This document shows, piece by piece, positions 1 through 12,599 of a DNA stretch of 64,000 nt; within the stretch, counting starts at the first letter, position 1; each line of letters opens with the position of its first letter. A program made the position numbers and the translations under genes. The stretch lies in the NCBI GenBank assembly GCA_951406725.2, contig OX597833.1:27466001-27530000 (forward strand). The letters are read 5' to 3'. This DNA is from Octopus vulgaris. Lineage: Eukaryota. The notes under the pieces were generated by a model that had not been told where the DNA came from, ran no database searches, and saw only the letters and a list, made by a program, of their open reading frames with translations.

Positions 1-360
1 AAGAAAAAGAATGAACATGAAATGGTCATGATGGACCACCTTTGAACATGGTTCTGTTAAATCAAGATTGACCTAGGGTTAAACAAACAACTTTTGTCAT
101 GTATATTTTTTTTAAATTGCACTTCATTCATTATCACTTTGCCCACAATGCTCTGTGATAATGAGATTTGTACAATTTTTTATTCATACATGTGTGTGGG
201 GGGGGTACAGTGAATATGTAGATATATATTCTTATTCTTAAACAAGAATGTTGTTGACAGCAATTTTGAATGCAAAAGTATAGGAACCTATCAGATTAAT
301 GTGAAATTTGTTATAAGTGAACATAAAAACAAACATGAATATATATATATATGATGATGA

Positions 361-750
361 CTAGCAGTATCGCCCGGCGTTGCTTGGGTTTGTAAGGGAA
401 ATAACTATATAAGCATTTTTAGAGATGTAAAGTATAATAGCCATCTCAATATGGTTAACCACAAAGGTGGGGGGGGGTATTACTGTAGCTTTTTACGTTC
501 TGAGATTTAATAATAAACTTTTAGAGAGTTACTTCCCTTATATATGCCAAAAATGGGAAAAATTGATGGTAAATTTTTTGTTAAATCGTAGACTCATCGT
601 AGACGCGCGCTAATACCCAGAAGGGCTCGATATGAATCACGACTATAAGATACCCAGTTTTGGTTAAACTGCACCGCAAAATGTGGGAGTAGTTAGGAAT
701 CTAAAGCGTAGGAGACAGACAGCACACAACCTTACTTTTATATATAAAGA
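361..750 (-). mobile_element. Non-autonomous Helitron
   Basis: On the minus strand it starts A|TCTTTATATATAAAAG (750) and ends with a GC hairpin (CCCAAGCAACGCCGGG) followed by CTAG|T (361). It is inserted between A and T with no TSD. About 230 bp is shared with 19655-19887. Confidence 0.85.
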
Positions 751-1589
751 TATATATATATATGCACATATATATATATGTATGCACATATATATGTATG
801 TACATATATATATGTATGCACCCAGTTTCACAGCACAGTACCTTGGGCAAGCATATTCTATCACTCCAGGCCCACCTAATCCTTGTGAGTTGGTTTGGTA
901 GAGGGGAAACTTAATGAAGCTCGCTATCTGTATGTGTATTTGTGTACCCTCTTCTTGGCATCATGTGATGATTGTAAATGAGTATGCTGGCCATTCTGAA
1001 AAAAAAAAACGTCTGACTGTGGGGGAAATAGGTGAGGGTTGGTGAATGGAAGGCTGTGGAAAATCTGCTTCAACAAATTCCATCTGACCCATGAGAGCAT
1101 GGAAAAGTTGACATTAAATGGTGATGGTGATGATAGCTTGTCCTTCCCTTCCAATTTGTAATTTTTTTTGTGTGTGTTTTTGACGTTTGTCCCGCCAAGT
1201 GAAATGTGTTCAAATTTAATCACCTTACTGTTTGTTTAGTAGTGTTGTTGTTTTAGCCCAGGGATTAATATAATAACCATCCTGTGTTTTTCTTTTCTTT
1301 TTTGTAGGGTTTTTGCCACATGTAATAATTCTCAAGCTGTGTTATTTAATGATTTTTATTTATTGTTAAGACAGTAGAATATGAGGGAGATTTGGCTGTT
1401 ATTTCTTGGAGTTTGACTAATCATCTAGAGTCTTTCTTATTGGCTTGTTTATAAGTTATTCAAGGAAATGAGAGAGAATGCTCATGACTTTTGATTGCCA
1501 CAGCTTCATATTGGTGAGACTGATATTACTGATGCCCATTCTGAATGTTAATGTATGCAGGACAGGAAACAAGTTGTCTGCTGTGAATT

Positions 1590-1975
1590 ATGCTAAAGCT
1601 AAAGGTGCCCAAGGCCTGAGTATATTGGCACTTTTAAACTGGTTAGTATAATATGCCTATCACTCAGCTAAAGGTACCCAAGGACCATTTGATGTGAGAG
1701 TTTAAAATGGACGTCATGTTTAGTCTCTCACCTGACTAAAAGCACTCAAAGATAATCTTGGGAATGGGGTTAAACCAGACATCATATGAGGCTTTCCCAA
1801 TTGAATGTATACAAGGTTTTATGTAGAGGAGGTGTTAAATGAGTCGTTCCACCTAACTAAAAGCATAATATTATCTTTGAGATGAGGGTTAAATTAAGCA
1901 TCATGTGAGGCCTTCCACCCAAATAAAGGTACTCGTGGATCACAGGATGTTAAACTGAGTGGCCATGTTAGGAAT
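1590..1975. repeat. Old degenerate minisatellite, ~60-68 bp unit, about 5-6 copies
   Basis: Recurring CAC(C/T)nnnCTAAA(A/G)G(C/T)A...GTTAAA...CATCATRTGAGGC blocks near 1662, 1729, 1850 and 1916. Confidence 0.5.
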
Positions 1976-2599
1976 AACAGTTTACTATGAGGGAGTTGTT
2001 AAAAAATAGAAAGGTGCAAAAAAAGAAAAAGCTGGAATTTCTACTTTCTGGAGTAGTCTCCCTAGTTACCTACATAGAGATGCTTGCATGTGTAATTAGA
2101 GTCAGTTTCTCAATTTCAACTGATAAAGGGTGTATGTTCCAGCCCACCCTCAGTGCCAAACAGTCAATGGTGCAACTTAATGAATGAAGGCAGATGAACT
2201 TTCACGGCTGCAAGGACGGCCCACAATATTTTATACTGGCCAGCTTCTACGTTTGTGCCCATCTTCTGCATATTGTAGCAGTCCCTTATGTTCACAAGAA
2301 GAGAAAGGAGTGTTTGGCCCACACTACTTAGTCACCCTAAATTCACTATGCAAGTTTTCTCTAGAAAAAGCCCTACAGCATGGAATAAACTGATAGGGAA
2401 TGCTTCTCACCAGGAATTCACACATAGGCAACTAGGAAAAGGCCAGTTTGCAATTAATATGACCCAACTCAGATGCTGCTCATGTGACAAAGCTATTCAT
2501 TAAGGCAGTTCTACTTCCCTTGGGAGATACAGATAAAGAATCTGAAAAAAACATAAATATTGTTCTAATTAACCATTTTGATACCTTAAAAAAAGTGAA

Positions 2600-2835
2600 G
2601 TTTCCTTCTCAAGTCCTAGTGACTCACAAGGGCCAGTTTCATGGTGTATATATTCTCCACCTGGATGGGATGCCAGTCTGTCACAGAATTGCTCATTTTT
2701 GCCAGCTGAATGGACTGGAGCAAGGTGAAATAAAGTGTTTTGCTAAAGAATACATGTTGCCTGGCACAGGAATTGAAACTACAATCTTACAATCATGAAT
2801 CAAACACCCTAACCACTAAGCCATGCACGTCCACA
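2600..2835 (-). mobile_element. tRNA-derived SINE (family B)
   Basis: GCCAGCTGAATGGACTGGAGCAA...CCCTAACCACTAAGCCATGC is also present at ~12820-12955, ~46920-47170 and ~62700-62810; the head is tRNA-like on the minus strand. Confidence 0.65.
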
Positions 2836-3582
2836 TTTTGATACCAATCCACCTGATAATCATTCCTGGTTCTGTGCATCTTATTTACATGAAGTGGAGT
2901 TGTCTGTATAATTATATAAACATTTGAATGACTGCGTAAACTAATCTTGCATAAAGTGGGGATCCGTGTATAACTGTGTGATTGTACGAGTATATAGTTG
3001 ATGTTGTCAAGTTCCAGTTGAGCCCTGGTTAAGAAAACCCATTATCCTAAGCATTCCGGATGAGTACATGCTGCTTTTTGTATTTAGAAGTACGTTTCTG
3101 TTTTGTTTCTTGTTTTTTTAAGTGACAGTGTGTGATTCAAATAAATTTGGTTGTGAATTTTGGGGTCAGGTAATCACATTAAAATCAAAGCTCTCTCATT
3201 GTCTTCCATATGCATATGTACAAGGTATATTCGTGTAGTTAAGAAGTTTGCTTCACCATCATGAAACACCCAGGTTCAGTGCTACTGTATAGCATCTTCA
3301 GCAAGTATCTTTTCTCATAGCACCAGGTCACCACAAGCTTTGTGAATGAAATAGAGTCAGACAGATACTGTATAGAAGTCTGTCATATTGACTGCACCTG
3401 TAATTTGAATGCCTAGCATGGTTGCTTACTCTTGATCATGCTGGTCTATGGGATACTCAGCTACTTAACTAAAACAGTGGAGAGGTACCTCAGTTGATTG
3501 AATACTCATTGTCAGAGAATTATTTTTATTTTACATTAGTGTGTATGCGAATATCTATCTAAAGATATATATATATATTCAT

Positions 3583-3879
3583 ATCTTTTTCTCCCTGTTT
3601 CAGTCATTAGACTGTGGCCATGCTGGGGCATGCCTTGAAGAATTTTTAAACAAGTGAATCAACTCCAGTACTTATTTTTTTTTAAGCCTGGTACTTATTT
3701 TCTCGTTCACTTTTGCCAAACTGCTAAGTTACAGAGATGTAAACACACCAACACCAGTTGTCAAGCAATGGTGGGAGACAAACATACACACACACATATA
3801 CGATGGGCTTCTTTCAATTTCCATCTACCAAATCCACTCACAAGGCTTTGACCGGCCGAGACTGTAGCAGAAGACACTT
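3583..3879 (-). mobile_element. tRNA-derived SINE (family A), head-truncated
   Basis: TTTCAGTCATTAGACTGTGGCCATGCTGGGGCA tail and CCAAATCCACTCACAAGGCTTTG core, shared with about 10 copies in the window. Confidence 0.75.
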
Positions 3880-4179
3880 AGACCCAAAGACTCCTGTCCG
3901 TCCTCTGTGGTCTCCATTTAATTGTTCAACAACACCAGAGGCTTAGCTCGTTCCTAGTATGAAGTAGAGAAGGACGTAATTGAAGTGAGTGTTTAGCAAT
4001 GATGATGAGTGACGTAAGTGATGGATGTCATTAATGAATGATAGAGAAGAGTGTAATGAGAAAGAGAATAATAGTGATAAAGAAGGGGGTCGAGTGATGG
4101 AAATGGAAGACCGAATACGGTCAAGTCCTGTGCAATGCTCCCTGTTATAATATAGGCTGTTTATGTATGTGAGTATATC

Positions 4180-4637
4180 TTTATCCCTGGGCATGGATAC
4201 ATTGAATCTCCGACGTCTGGCAGCTGACTTGGCAGACACCCATAAAATTATCAACCATCTTACAAACAATAACTCTGAGCACCTTTTCAAACTCCACTTG
4301 TCTAACACCCGTGGACATGTTTACAAAGTCAGAAAACAGCACAGCTCCCATAACTTTCGGAAACATTTTTTCACGCTAAGAGTTGCTGAAGCATGGAACA
4401 GACTGCCGACATCAGTTGTTACTTGTCGGAGCACTGCATCGTTCAAAACTTCCATGCTTCCTGAGATTCGCCAACACTACACCTGATTTTCTCCCCTCCA
4501 TACACACGCAAGCATGTATCTGACTCATACACTGTACACTTTCCAGACATTTGTACATTACTGCATAGCTTTATACACACTTTTGACAAGTTGTGGTGCA
4601 CCTGAGCACTGTATACAATAATTTCATTATTATTATA
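4180..4637 (+). mobile_element. 5'-truncated CR1/L2-group LINE 3' fragment
   Basis: ORF 4163-4486 has the ORF2 C-terminal signature (SLGMDTLNLRRLAADL...TRGH..K...RKHFFTLRV..AWNRLP), followed by a 3' UTR ending in (ATT)n. Confidence 0.8.
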
Positions 4638-4674
4638 GAAATTTATAGAAAGTAATATGCGTGTGTGTATCCAT

Positions 4675-5240
4675 CTTCTATCTTACTTGTTCTGGCCATT
4701 AGACTGCGGCCATACTGGGAACCGCCTTGAAGAATTTTTTAGTCTAATGAATGAACCCCAGTATTTTTTATTAGTCCTGATACTTATTCTATGTCTTTTG
4801 CCGAAGCTTTAAGTTACGGGAACGTAAACACAACACCGGTTGTCAAGTGTGACATCTTCACACACATATATGTACTTCTTTCAGTTTCCCTCTACCAAAT
4901 CCAGTCACACGACTTTACGGGTAAATTTTTATATTAACACCCGCACGATTTTCACTAAGAAAAAGAAAATTACAGAAGACTGCCTACAGTCACGTGGAAA
5001 TGAAATCGTTGTACTTCGACCGGCATAGTATAACCCTTTTCCTTTAAGTTTAGACGATTATTTATATATATATATATTCTTGGTAGTCTTCCGTAATTCT
5101 TTTTCTTAGTGAAAATCGTGCGGGTGTTAATATCAAAATTTACCGATTTGGTTAGTCGAAGATACAAGCCGAAGGTGCCACGCAGTGGGACTGAACCCGG
5201 AACTATGTTGTTGAGAAGCGAACTTCTTACCACACCTACA
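4675..5240 (-). mobile_element. SINE family A interrupted by a MITE
   Basis: SINE tail and core at 4675-4917 and head at 5146-5240 (GGTGCCACGCAGTGGGACTGAACCCGG...CTTCTTACCACAC) flank an inverted-repeat insert. Confidence 0.7.
4918..5145. mobile_element. MITE with ~65 bp terminal inverted repeats (TIRs)
   Basis: GGTAAATTTTTATATTAACACCCGCACGATTTTCACTAAGAAAAAG (from 4920) is the reverse complement of 5099-5145. No clean TSD is visible. Confidence 0.8.
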
Positions 5241-5379
5241 CACACACATCCATACCATGCATTTCTAGATTATATGCTCATGTGTATACATATTTACATA
5301 CATGTATGTACATCTGTTTACGACTGCATATTATGTATATATTTAAGTCCAAATACGAAAGGTGTTTCAACGTGGCTTT

Positions 5380-6150
5380 AGCTGTGATGGCGAAAGAAAA
5401 TAATGTGTGTGTGTGTACACAGGAATCGTACGTATAAGTCTACTGGCTTGGTATGATTAATACATTGTATCCTGAATAACAAAAGGAAAACTCAATGAAG
5501 GGGAGATAATGATGGAGAACCTGTGGTGGAACTTTATGAAGGCGGAACTATTCTGTCGGTGTGTGTACGAAGAATTCTCATCAGTAGGGATGATGACTTG
5601 TAACGTATTCTGACACTGACCATCATTTTGGTCACCGTCCTTTTCCATCATCCTAATCGCCACTCTTGAATATTATTTCAGTTCGTGATATCCTTCTTCC
5701 AGTTATCACTATATATATACACACACACACCTAAGCTTCCGGCACGCCGGCTGTCGACATTTGGAAGTGTGCAATTGTGGGTAAGCTTCATTACTGCGCT
5801 ATTTGGTTACTACTGTAAATACTAACAGTCACCCAAATATCACCATCTTTTTGTCTTCTATACGTATGAAGCATTTGATAGGTAACGAAATTGTTATAGT
5901 GTCGGTCGCTCTGCATCCCTCAGATCGAATCTCGCTGTCACTTTTGCTTCTCATCCATCCTGGGATTGATGAAACATGTACTATTCAAGTACTAACGGTC
6001 GATATATTCTATTATAAGTCTCCTCCAAAGTTGGTGGTCTTGTACCTATGTCGATTTTGCTTAGAGTGCCGGCCGTATGTTTGCTTATCTCCCTTCGCTG
6101 TCAGAGTTCGATTCCCATCCGGATCAACTTGGTCTTTCATCTTTTTGCTG
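5380..6150. promoter_or_regulatory. CpG-enriched candidate promoter / first non-coding exon of the + strand ZNF gene
   Basis: Local CpG enrichment (e.g. CCGGCACGCCGGCTGTCGAC) and a good donor GG|GTAAGC at 5781. The ZNF coding exon has an acceptor at 9087 with no coding sequence upstream of its ATG. Confidence 0.35.
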
Positions 6151-6329
6151 CAGTTGATAAATAAATACTAATCAAGCACCGATGGCGATGAATTTAAATA
6201 TTCTCTACTCCATCCTCCACCCATAAAATTTTAAGTGCATCTTCATTATTAACCCCACATCGCATTCTTTTCTTTGGGTATTTGGTCTGTCAATCACTTG
6301 ATTCTATAGGCAATTTTTTTTCTTCCTAA

Positions 6330-6555
6330 TTTTGGCACAAGGCCAAGGTGTTTTTTTTTTTTTTTTTTTTTTTTTTGAAGTGTGGGTAAAGTTGATTGTG
6401 TCGATCCTAGTGCTCAACAAGCGCTTATCTTTCGGCCCCGAAAGGATAAATGGCAAAGTCGGCTTCGGTAGCATTTAAACTCAGAGCATGAAGGGCAGGA
6501 AGAAATGTCGTTAAGCATTTTGTCCGACGCTATATCGATCCTGACAATTCATTGC
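6330..6555 (-). mobile_element. SINE (family C)
   Basis: CCCCGAAAGGATAAATGGCAAAGTCG...AACTCAGAGC motif, also at ~13780-13950 (+), ~42690-42900 (+) and ~53570-53750 (-). Confidence 0.6.
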
Positions 6556-7440
6556 TTTATATTCATTTGGAAATATTAATTGATAATTATGGTTCTTCAT
6601 ATCCTTGTATATAAGAAGAAAAACTTTAAATTTTGACTTTTTTGTTTCTCGTATGTTCAGATATGGTTTTGTGTGTATTTTTCATTTTGGAGAAACACTA
6701 AATCTAGCATCCTCATGTCTGTGTTTGCAAGTACTGTTGAATAGAAATATTTTGTATTTGATTACGTTAGTTCAGAATTATAAGGACGATGCATGGCAAA
6801 AACGTTCTTGTTTTGGATCAAATACTTGTTGATGTAGGTAAGGAGTAATAGTGGTGGTGGTGGTGGTAGTTATGTTTAAACCAATCGTCATTTCTTTGAA
6901 AGTGAAACTATTTACCTTGCCAATATTAGCTTTCGTAGGTGAAATGTCGAATGCTAGGGAGGCCATCAATTTCGCGAAACAGTGATCGTTTCTTGTGTCC
7001 GTTCTTTTATCTTATTAACGTTCTATTCGCATGGGTAGTTTACTGCCATCTTTACTCACGCTAATTAGGAATGTAATCAATATATTTGATGGATCCACCT
7101 TCGATAATGGCATTGTCACACTGGATGCTTCATAATATACAGCCCGTACCGAGATCCTACCGTCCACAAGTTTACTTGCATTCTTTAGTAATTCCATTTT
7201 GGCGCAAAACACTTTCACTTCTATGGGGCCCTGCAAATGAAGAAATGCCAATTGCTCTTTGTTTTGTCTAATTATCTCTCCCATTAGTTAATTTCTCTAA
7301 TTTACTGATGCTTTTTTGTTGTGTCAGTCATAAGAACCTCACGGGGTCCTTAAAGCTGTGCCACTATATTTTTTACAGACACTCAAAGTGTGGGATTGAC
7401 ATATTCTAAATGAATTAAGAAATAGAAAATATATATACAT

Positions 7441-7829
7441 GTAGGTGCAGGCATGGCCATGTGGTAAGAAGTTTGCTTCCCAAATACCTGATTCCAGGTT
7501 CAGTCACACTGCATGGTACCTTGAGCAAGTGACTTCTACAGCCTCAGGTTGACCAAAGCCTTGTGAGTGGATTTAGTAGAAGGAAACTGAAGGAAGCCTG
7601 TCATAAATATATGTGTCTGTGTTTGTCCCCCACTGCCACTTGACAACTGGTGTTGGTGTGTTTACATCCCTGTAACTTAACAGTTTTGCCAAAGAGACTA
7701 ATAGAATAATTACCAGACTTTACAAAAAAATAATTAAATACTAAGGCTGGTTCATATGACTAAACATTCTTCAAGGCAATGCCCCACTATGGTCACAGTC
7801 TAATGACTGAAACAAATAAAAGATAAAAG
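7441..7829 (+). mobile_element. Full-length SINE family A
   Basis: tRNA-like head (TGGCCATGTGGTAAG...CAGGTTCAGTC), central GTGAGTGGATTT core and tail CAGTCTAATGACTGAAAC followed by an A-rich end. Confidence 0.8.
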
Positions 7830-8304
7830 TTAAAGATGCTGACTTAACTATCTGTCATTCTCTCTCAGTATTTTTCCCTAGTCCTTAACTATATATATAT
7901 ATATATATATTTCTATATGTCTTTCTTGTTTATATGTTCATCTTATCCACCCATATGCTTGTCGTTTTTATATGCTTTCCTTATGTATAAACAAAAGTGT
8001 CAGTGGCTGAAGTTTTTACTAGCATGAAAAATAATTTAGTAGCTTAGTAGCCAGCATAACACAGGTCCCATTTCTGAAGTATGTTTAGCATGATGGCTTT
8101 TTCAATGGTATAGCAAGAAAAAAAAAGTACGAGTTGCTTGTCAAAACAATTGAAGATGGTTGTTGCATGGTTTGGCCAAATTATTGGGTCTGATACATCA
8201 GCTTGGTAGTGTTTATCAAACTGACAATATCCATGCACCACTCAACACTACAAAAAAAAAAAACCAGCAATTCAGTGCAATTTTTGCTCCTCCCCAACTT
8301 TTTA

Positions 8305-8489
8305 TTAGCCCTTTAGTGTTCACATTATTCTGTGAAATGTAATGCTTATTTATTCACATTGTTTTGACTTAACCATGCATTATCTTGTAGCTTTTAGATT
8401 TCATTGATGTAATTGCTTTAATTTTAGAAGGGCATAGTAGGGTTGGTATCAGAGACCGAATATAGCTAGTTTGAATATTAAAGGGTTAA
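8305..8489. mobile_element. piggyBac-like MITE
   Basis: TTAG|CCCTTTAG...TAAAGGG|TTAA; same family as 41969-42197 and 63040-63236. Confidence 0.65.
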
Positions 8490-9147
8490 TGTGAAGAGAA
8501 TACAGAATTTACATCCATATAATTGATTTACCTTCACCACGGTGTTAAACAAGTAAGTTTAAGGCCGTGTCTTTTTATTAAAACATGGCAACTAATTCAT
8601 CTTCTTTCATAGCTTGTAGCCCCTATGAGAATCACTCCTGTAAGGGTTGATTATTCACACATCAGTACAGCTAAATTTTGGGTAATTGTCAAATCTCCAG
8701 ATGCTACAAGAAAAATAGTTTCATAACTGTATATTATTTGTTAACATACATGCAAGACAATCCATTTGATGACTCTACATGGTGGATCACATCACACTTT
8801 TCTAATCTTAAGAACAAATCGAGTGGTGTAATGCTAGGTACTAAAAAATGTGGGAGAGTAACAGTCACAGCTGAAATGTGTTTGATCATAGGGCTATTTA
8901 ATCAGGGTTGATTCAAGGTAAACAACAAACTCAAGCAATACATGAAGTATTCAGTAACAAAAGTAATTTCGACTATTAATCATAGATTCAGGGTTAATGT
9001 TTTTTATTAACAAAAAATGGTGAATAATAACATGTTTCATTCTACCGTAATATTAATTATTTTCCTTTTTTTTTTTTCTCTCTTCAGCCTTGCCACGCAT
9101 TGCATCTGCCATTTGTGGTGCCGATTATATAGTCCTTCATCAAGAAT

Positions 9148-11178
9148 ATGCCCCGCAGGAGACGAATATTAACCACAATGACATACTCTTGTGATATCTG
9201 CCACAAAAATTTCACTCAAATGTCCAGTGTTATCCGACACAAACGGATACACTCGGGTGAGAAACCATTCCAGTGTGAAATCTGTAAGAAGGCTTTTTCA
9301 CAGTCGTCAACTCTAGTCAACCATCAACGAACACACTCAGGTTTCAAACCATTTGAATGCAATCTTTGTGGACGCAAGTTTTCAAATCACTCAAGCTTAT
9401 CTCGTCACCATCAAACGCACTCAGATGAAAAACCTTATCCGTGCGATATTTGTAAAAAGTCCTTTTCTCGTTCAACATACCTTCTGTGCCATATTCGTAC
9501 CCACACTGGTGAGAAACCTTACAGCTGCTCTGAATGTAACCAGACTTTCTCTCACCTCTCCAGTCTGGCTCGTCATGGTCGGATCCACTCAGGTGAACGT
9601 CCTTATCATTGCGATATCTGTGGTAAAACATTCTCGCAGTCGTCTATCCTTGCCAACCATCGGCGGATTCACTCCACTGACAAACCATTCACTTGCCAGA
9701 TCTGTGAGAAGTCATTTTCCAACCGGTCTAGTCTTCAGCGTCATGTCAAAATTCACACGTTACAAGACATGCCGTTGTCATCAACATCGGCATCGTCCCC
9801 GATTGTCTTCTCTTTATCCAGCCATGATGAACAGTCAGTGACAAAACCAAATGAGGAAACTGCTGACGATATGAATTTAGACAACAACAACAACAGCTGT
9901 GAGGAAATAATTTCTAACAATGATGAGAACCCCATAAGATGTAACTTGTGCTTTGAAGTCTTTCCACTGGAGACGGATCTATCAAACCATTTAAATGATA
10001 AACACCCAGAAGTTGTGATGGCAGAGAAATCTTATGCAGAACCTGGCAATGAAACAAAATCAGAGAATACTGAAAGCAATGGTCTGGTACCTGTCTTCAA
10101 TGATACCACTCAGTTGGTTGACAAGTCCATACAAAACCAACAAATTCCACAGCAGATTCCAGAAACTGTTAAAAAGAAGCGCCAATATGCATGTAACTAC
10201 TGTCAAAGACTATTTTCTGATCGTTCTAACATGTGCAAGCATCGGAAGAAATGTCAGCTTACTTTCATTTCAAGCATGGGCTTAGCTTTGATTTCAAACC
10301 AACTTCCCTCTGCTCTTGTAGATGGTGGCTTCAATATGCCAATACCACCGCTACCAACTGTACAGTGTGAACTTTGCCATAAGTCCTTTGCAAAGCAGTC
10401 ACATCTGGCTTCTCATATGTATCAGATACACCGTCCTCTTGGTGAAACAGTAAAAAATGACAATGCTAATGTTCCAAAAAATACTCGCTATGAATGCAAA
10501 ATCTGTTTGAAAACTTTCACCCAAGCCTCTAGTCTACAGCGTCATGGTCGTGTTCATTCCGGAAACAAACCCTATCATTGTAATGTATGTTCCAAAAGTT
10601 TCTCACAGTCTTCAATCCTATCAAACCATCTAAGGATCCACTCTGGAGAGAGACCTTACAAATGCGATATCTGCTCCAAGAGTTTCTCCAATTCATCGAG
10701 TTTGTCTCGTCACATGCAAATACATTCAGGAGAAAAACCATATAAATGCAAAATCTGTTTAAAATCTTTCTCTCGCTCCACTTATGTAGCATCTCACCTG
10801 CGAGTGCATTCAGGTGAGAGACCTTTCCAATGCAGTATCTGCAATCGTACCTTCTCTCAGTCATCCTCTTTAGTCCGACATAAAAGAACCCATAGTGGTG
10901 AGAGGCCATTCTTCTGTGAGGAATGTGGTAAATCTTTCTCTCAGTCCTCAGTACTTGTTAACCACCGTAAAACTCATTCTAAAGACAGACAGTTCACTTG
11001 TAAGACCTGCCTTGAACCGTTCCCTGATAAATCCAGCCTGCTTAAACATTTCAAGGTCCATTGTAATAACAAAATGAGATCATATCCTTGCAATTACTGT
11101 GGTCGTGTGTTCAAACGAGCACCCTATCTCGCTTCACACATGCGAGCTCACACCAAAAAGTCTATAGTACCCTCATAA
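9148..11178 (+). CDS. C2H2 zinc-finger protein, 676 aa, ~18 fingers (7 N-terminal, 3 isolated central including one C2HC, 8 C-terminal), single coding exon
   Basis: Intact ORF with CxxC-x12-HxxxH repeats and SGEKP/TGEKP linkers. A polypyrimidine tract and AG acceptor at 9061-9087 lie just upstream of the ATG. Confidence 0.95.
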   Translation: MPRRRRILTTMTYSCDICHKNFTQMSSVIRHKRIHSGEKPFQCEICKKAFSQSSTLVNHQRTHSGFKPFECNLCGRKFSNHSSLSRHHQTHSDEKPYPCDICKKSFSRSTYLLCHIRTHTGEKPYSCSECNQTFSHLSSLARHGRIHSGERPYHCDICGKTFSQSSILANHRRIHSTDKPFTCQICEKSFSNRSSLQRHVKIHTLQDMPLSSTSASSPIVFSLSSHDEQSVTKPNEETADDMNLDNNNNSCEEIISNNDENPIRCNLCFEVFPLETDLSNHLNDKHPEVVMAEKSYAEPGNETKSENTESNGLVPVFNDTTQLVDKSIQNQQIPQQIPETVKKKRQYACNYCQRLFSDRSNMCKHRKKCQLTFISSMGLALISNQLPSALVDGGFNMPIPPLPTVQCELCHKSFAKQSHLASHMYQIHRPLGETVKNDNANVPKNTRYECKICLKTFTQASSLQRHGRVHSGNKPYHCNVCSKSFSQSSILSNHLRIHSGERPYKCDICSKSFSNSSSLSRHMQIHSGEKPYKCKICLKSFSRSTYVASHLRVHSGERPFQCSICNRTFSQSSSLVRHKRTHSGERPFFCEECGKSFSQSSVLVNHRKTHSKDRQFTCKTCLEPFPDKSSLLKHFKVHCNNKMRSYPCNYCGRVFKRAPYLASHMRAHTKKSIVPS

Positions 11179-12006
11179 TTATTTGGAAAACTTCAATATA
11201 GGAGTTCTCAATTGTGTTTTTGTGTTTTCTTTTTTAAGCAATCAAAATATCCTTGCCAAAACCATGCTAAGTATGGAAAATATTTTTTGCTATCATCACC
11301 ATTTCAAGACAGTGGACACCTCTCACTCTCTTGTTTTTCTATATTCTAGCTTGAATATTAAAGAGAGAAAGATAGTCTCCTGTTTTTGTCCTACAAGATC
11401 TAATTACAGTTAAAGGGTGGCTTGCTTGCAATTAACAGATGTTATTGTGCTAGGAATATGACATGAGTAAATCCAAACATGCAATCTTTCAGCAGTACAA
11501 CCATGCTTTTAAAAATGATAATACAAATACTAATATTTCCAACATAGACACAAGGCCACAGCTTTGTGAAGGAGGGTATAAGCATTTTAATCAACAACGG
11601 TACTTGTCCCATGTTTGGCAAGGTCATGAAATTTTAAGGGAAGATGGTAGAGTTCTTATTTTATCAATCCTGCAGATATGAAACTAATATTTTTATTATG
11701 ATCAAAATTATTATTATTTGGCAAATATATAAACACTTGTCCGTCTCTCTCTCTCTCCCTCTCCCATTTAACAATAGCAAAATTGCTAAGTAAACCATCC
11801 AACCATGGGACAGTATAGGAAAAAAACAAAAGAAAAGGGAAACACAGTTACTCCACAAATTCTTGCAAATATTTGTATTAGCAAACCATGTCAACACAAT
11901 ATTCTAAGCAAAAATGATTATTTGCAGGCCTTTGCTTCTTTTTCCTTTGGCTTATTTCTACATGGTTTGACTGAAAGACATTTAGTCTCTTTCATTTATA
12001 TATATA

Positions 12007-12062
<56 letters not shown>

Positions 12063-12599
12063 CATATATCTATACACACACACATGCACACATATTCCTC
12101 TATGTGTGTATATGTATATATGTGTGTGTGTGTATACATAAACACACATATATATGTACATGTACACAAGTGAAGATGTATATGTGTGTACATATAAAAT
12201 TCCTTGTGAAAAATGATAAAAAAACAAATATTTTTTGAAGATTTATAAAGCCTGAACCACACAGTATTTTAAAGATGTGTACACATACACACACATCCCA
12301 CTATATATATATATGTTAATGTGTGTGTGTAATGGTTGTCAATTTTTACCTTATGCAAGCATATTTCCATAGTAATTCACAATGTGTGTGTGTATGAATA
12401 TTCAGATACATATGTTTGTGTATGTGTGTGTATTTATGTATGTGTGTGTGTGTGTGTGTGGATTAGAAGTGCTAAGCAGTGATGTATACAAGTATCAAAT
12501 ATAACTTGTTACTAGTTCAAATGTGCTTGGGCCATATTTGAACCTTTAAGAAAGCCATTCACTGCATTTTCTCTTTGACAAAATGCAGTGAATGGCTTT

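Noticed and set aside
2100-2480. Possible decayed LINE C-terminus (…FSRKSPTAWNKL)
   Set aside because: One weak motif across several frames; not enough to call.
6778-7284. Minus-strand ORFs with a pogo-like SVSKDGSKLP motif
   Set aside because: No other DDE motifs or TIRs recognisable.
7441-7520. tRNA gene-like A/B boxes (also in other SINE heads)
   Set aside because: These are SINE heads; no complete cloverleaf.
9344-11077. Overlapping alternative-frame and antisense ORFs within the ZNF gene
   Set aside because: Shadow ORFs of the repetitive finger-coding sequence.
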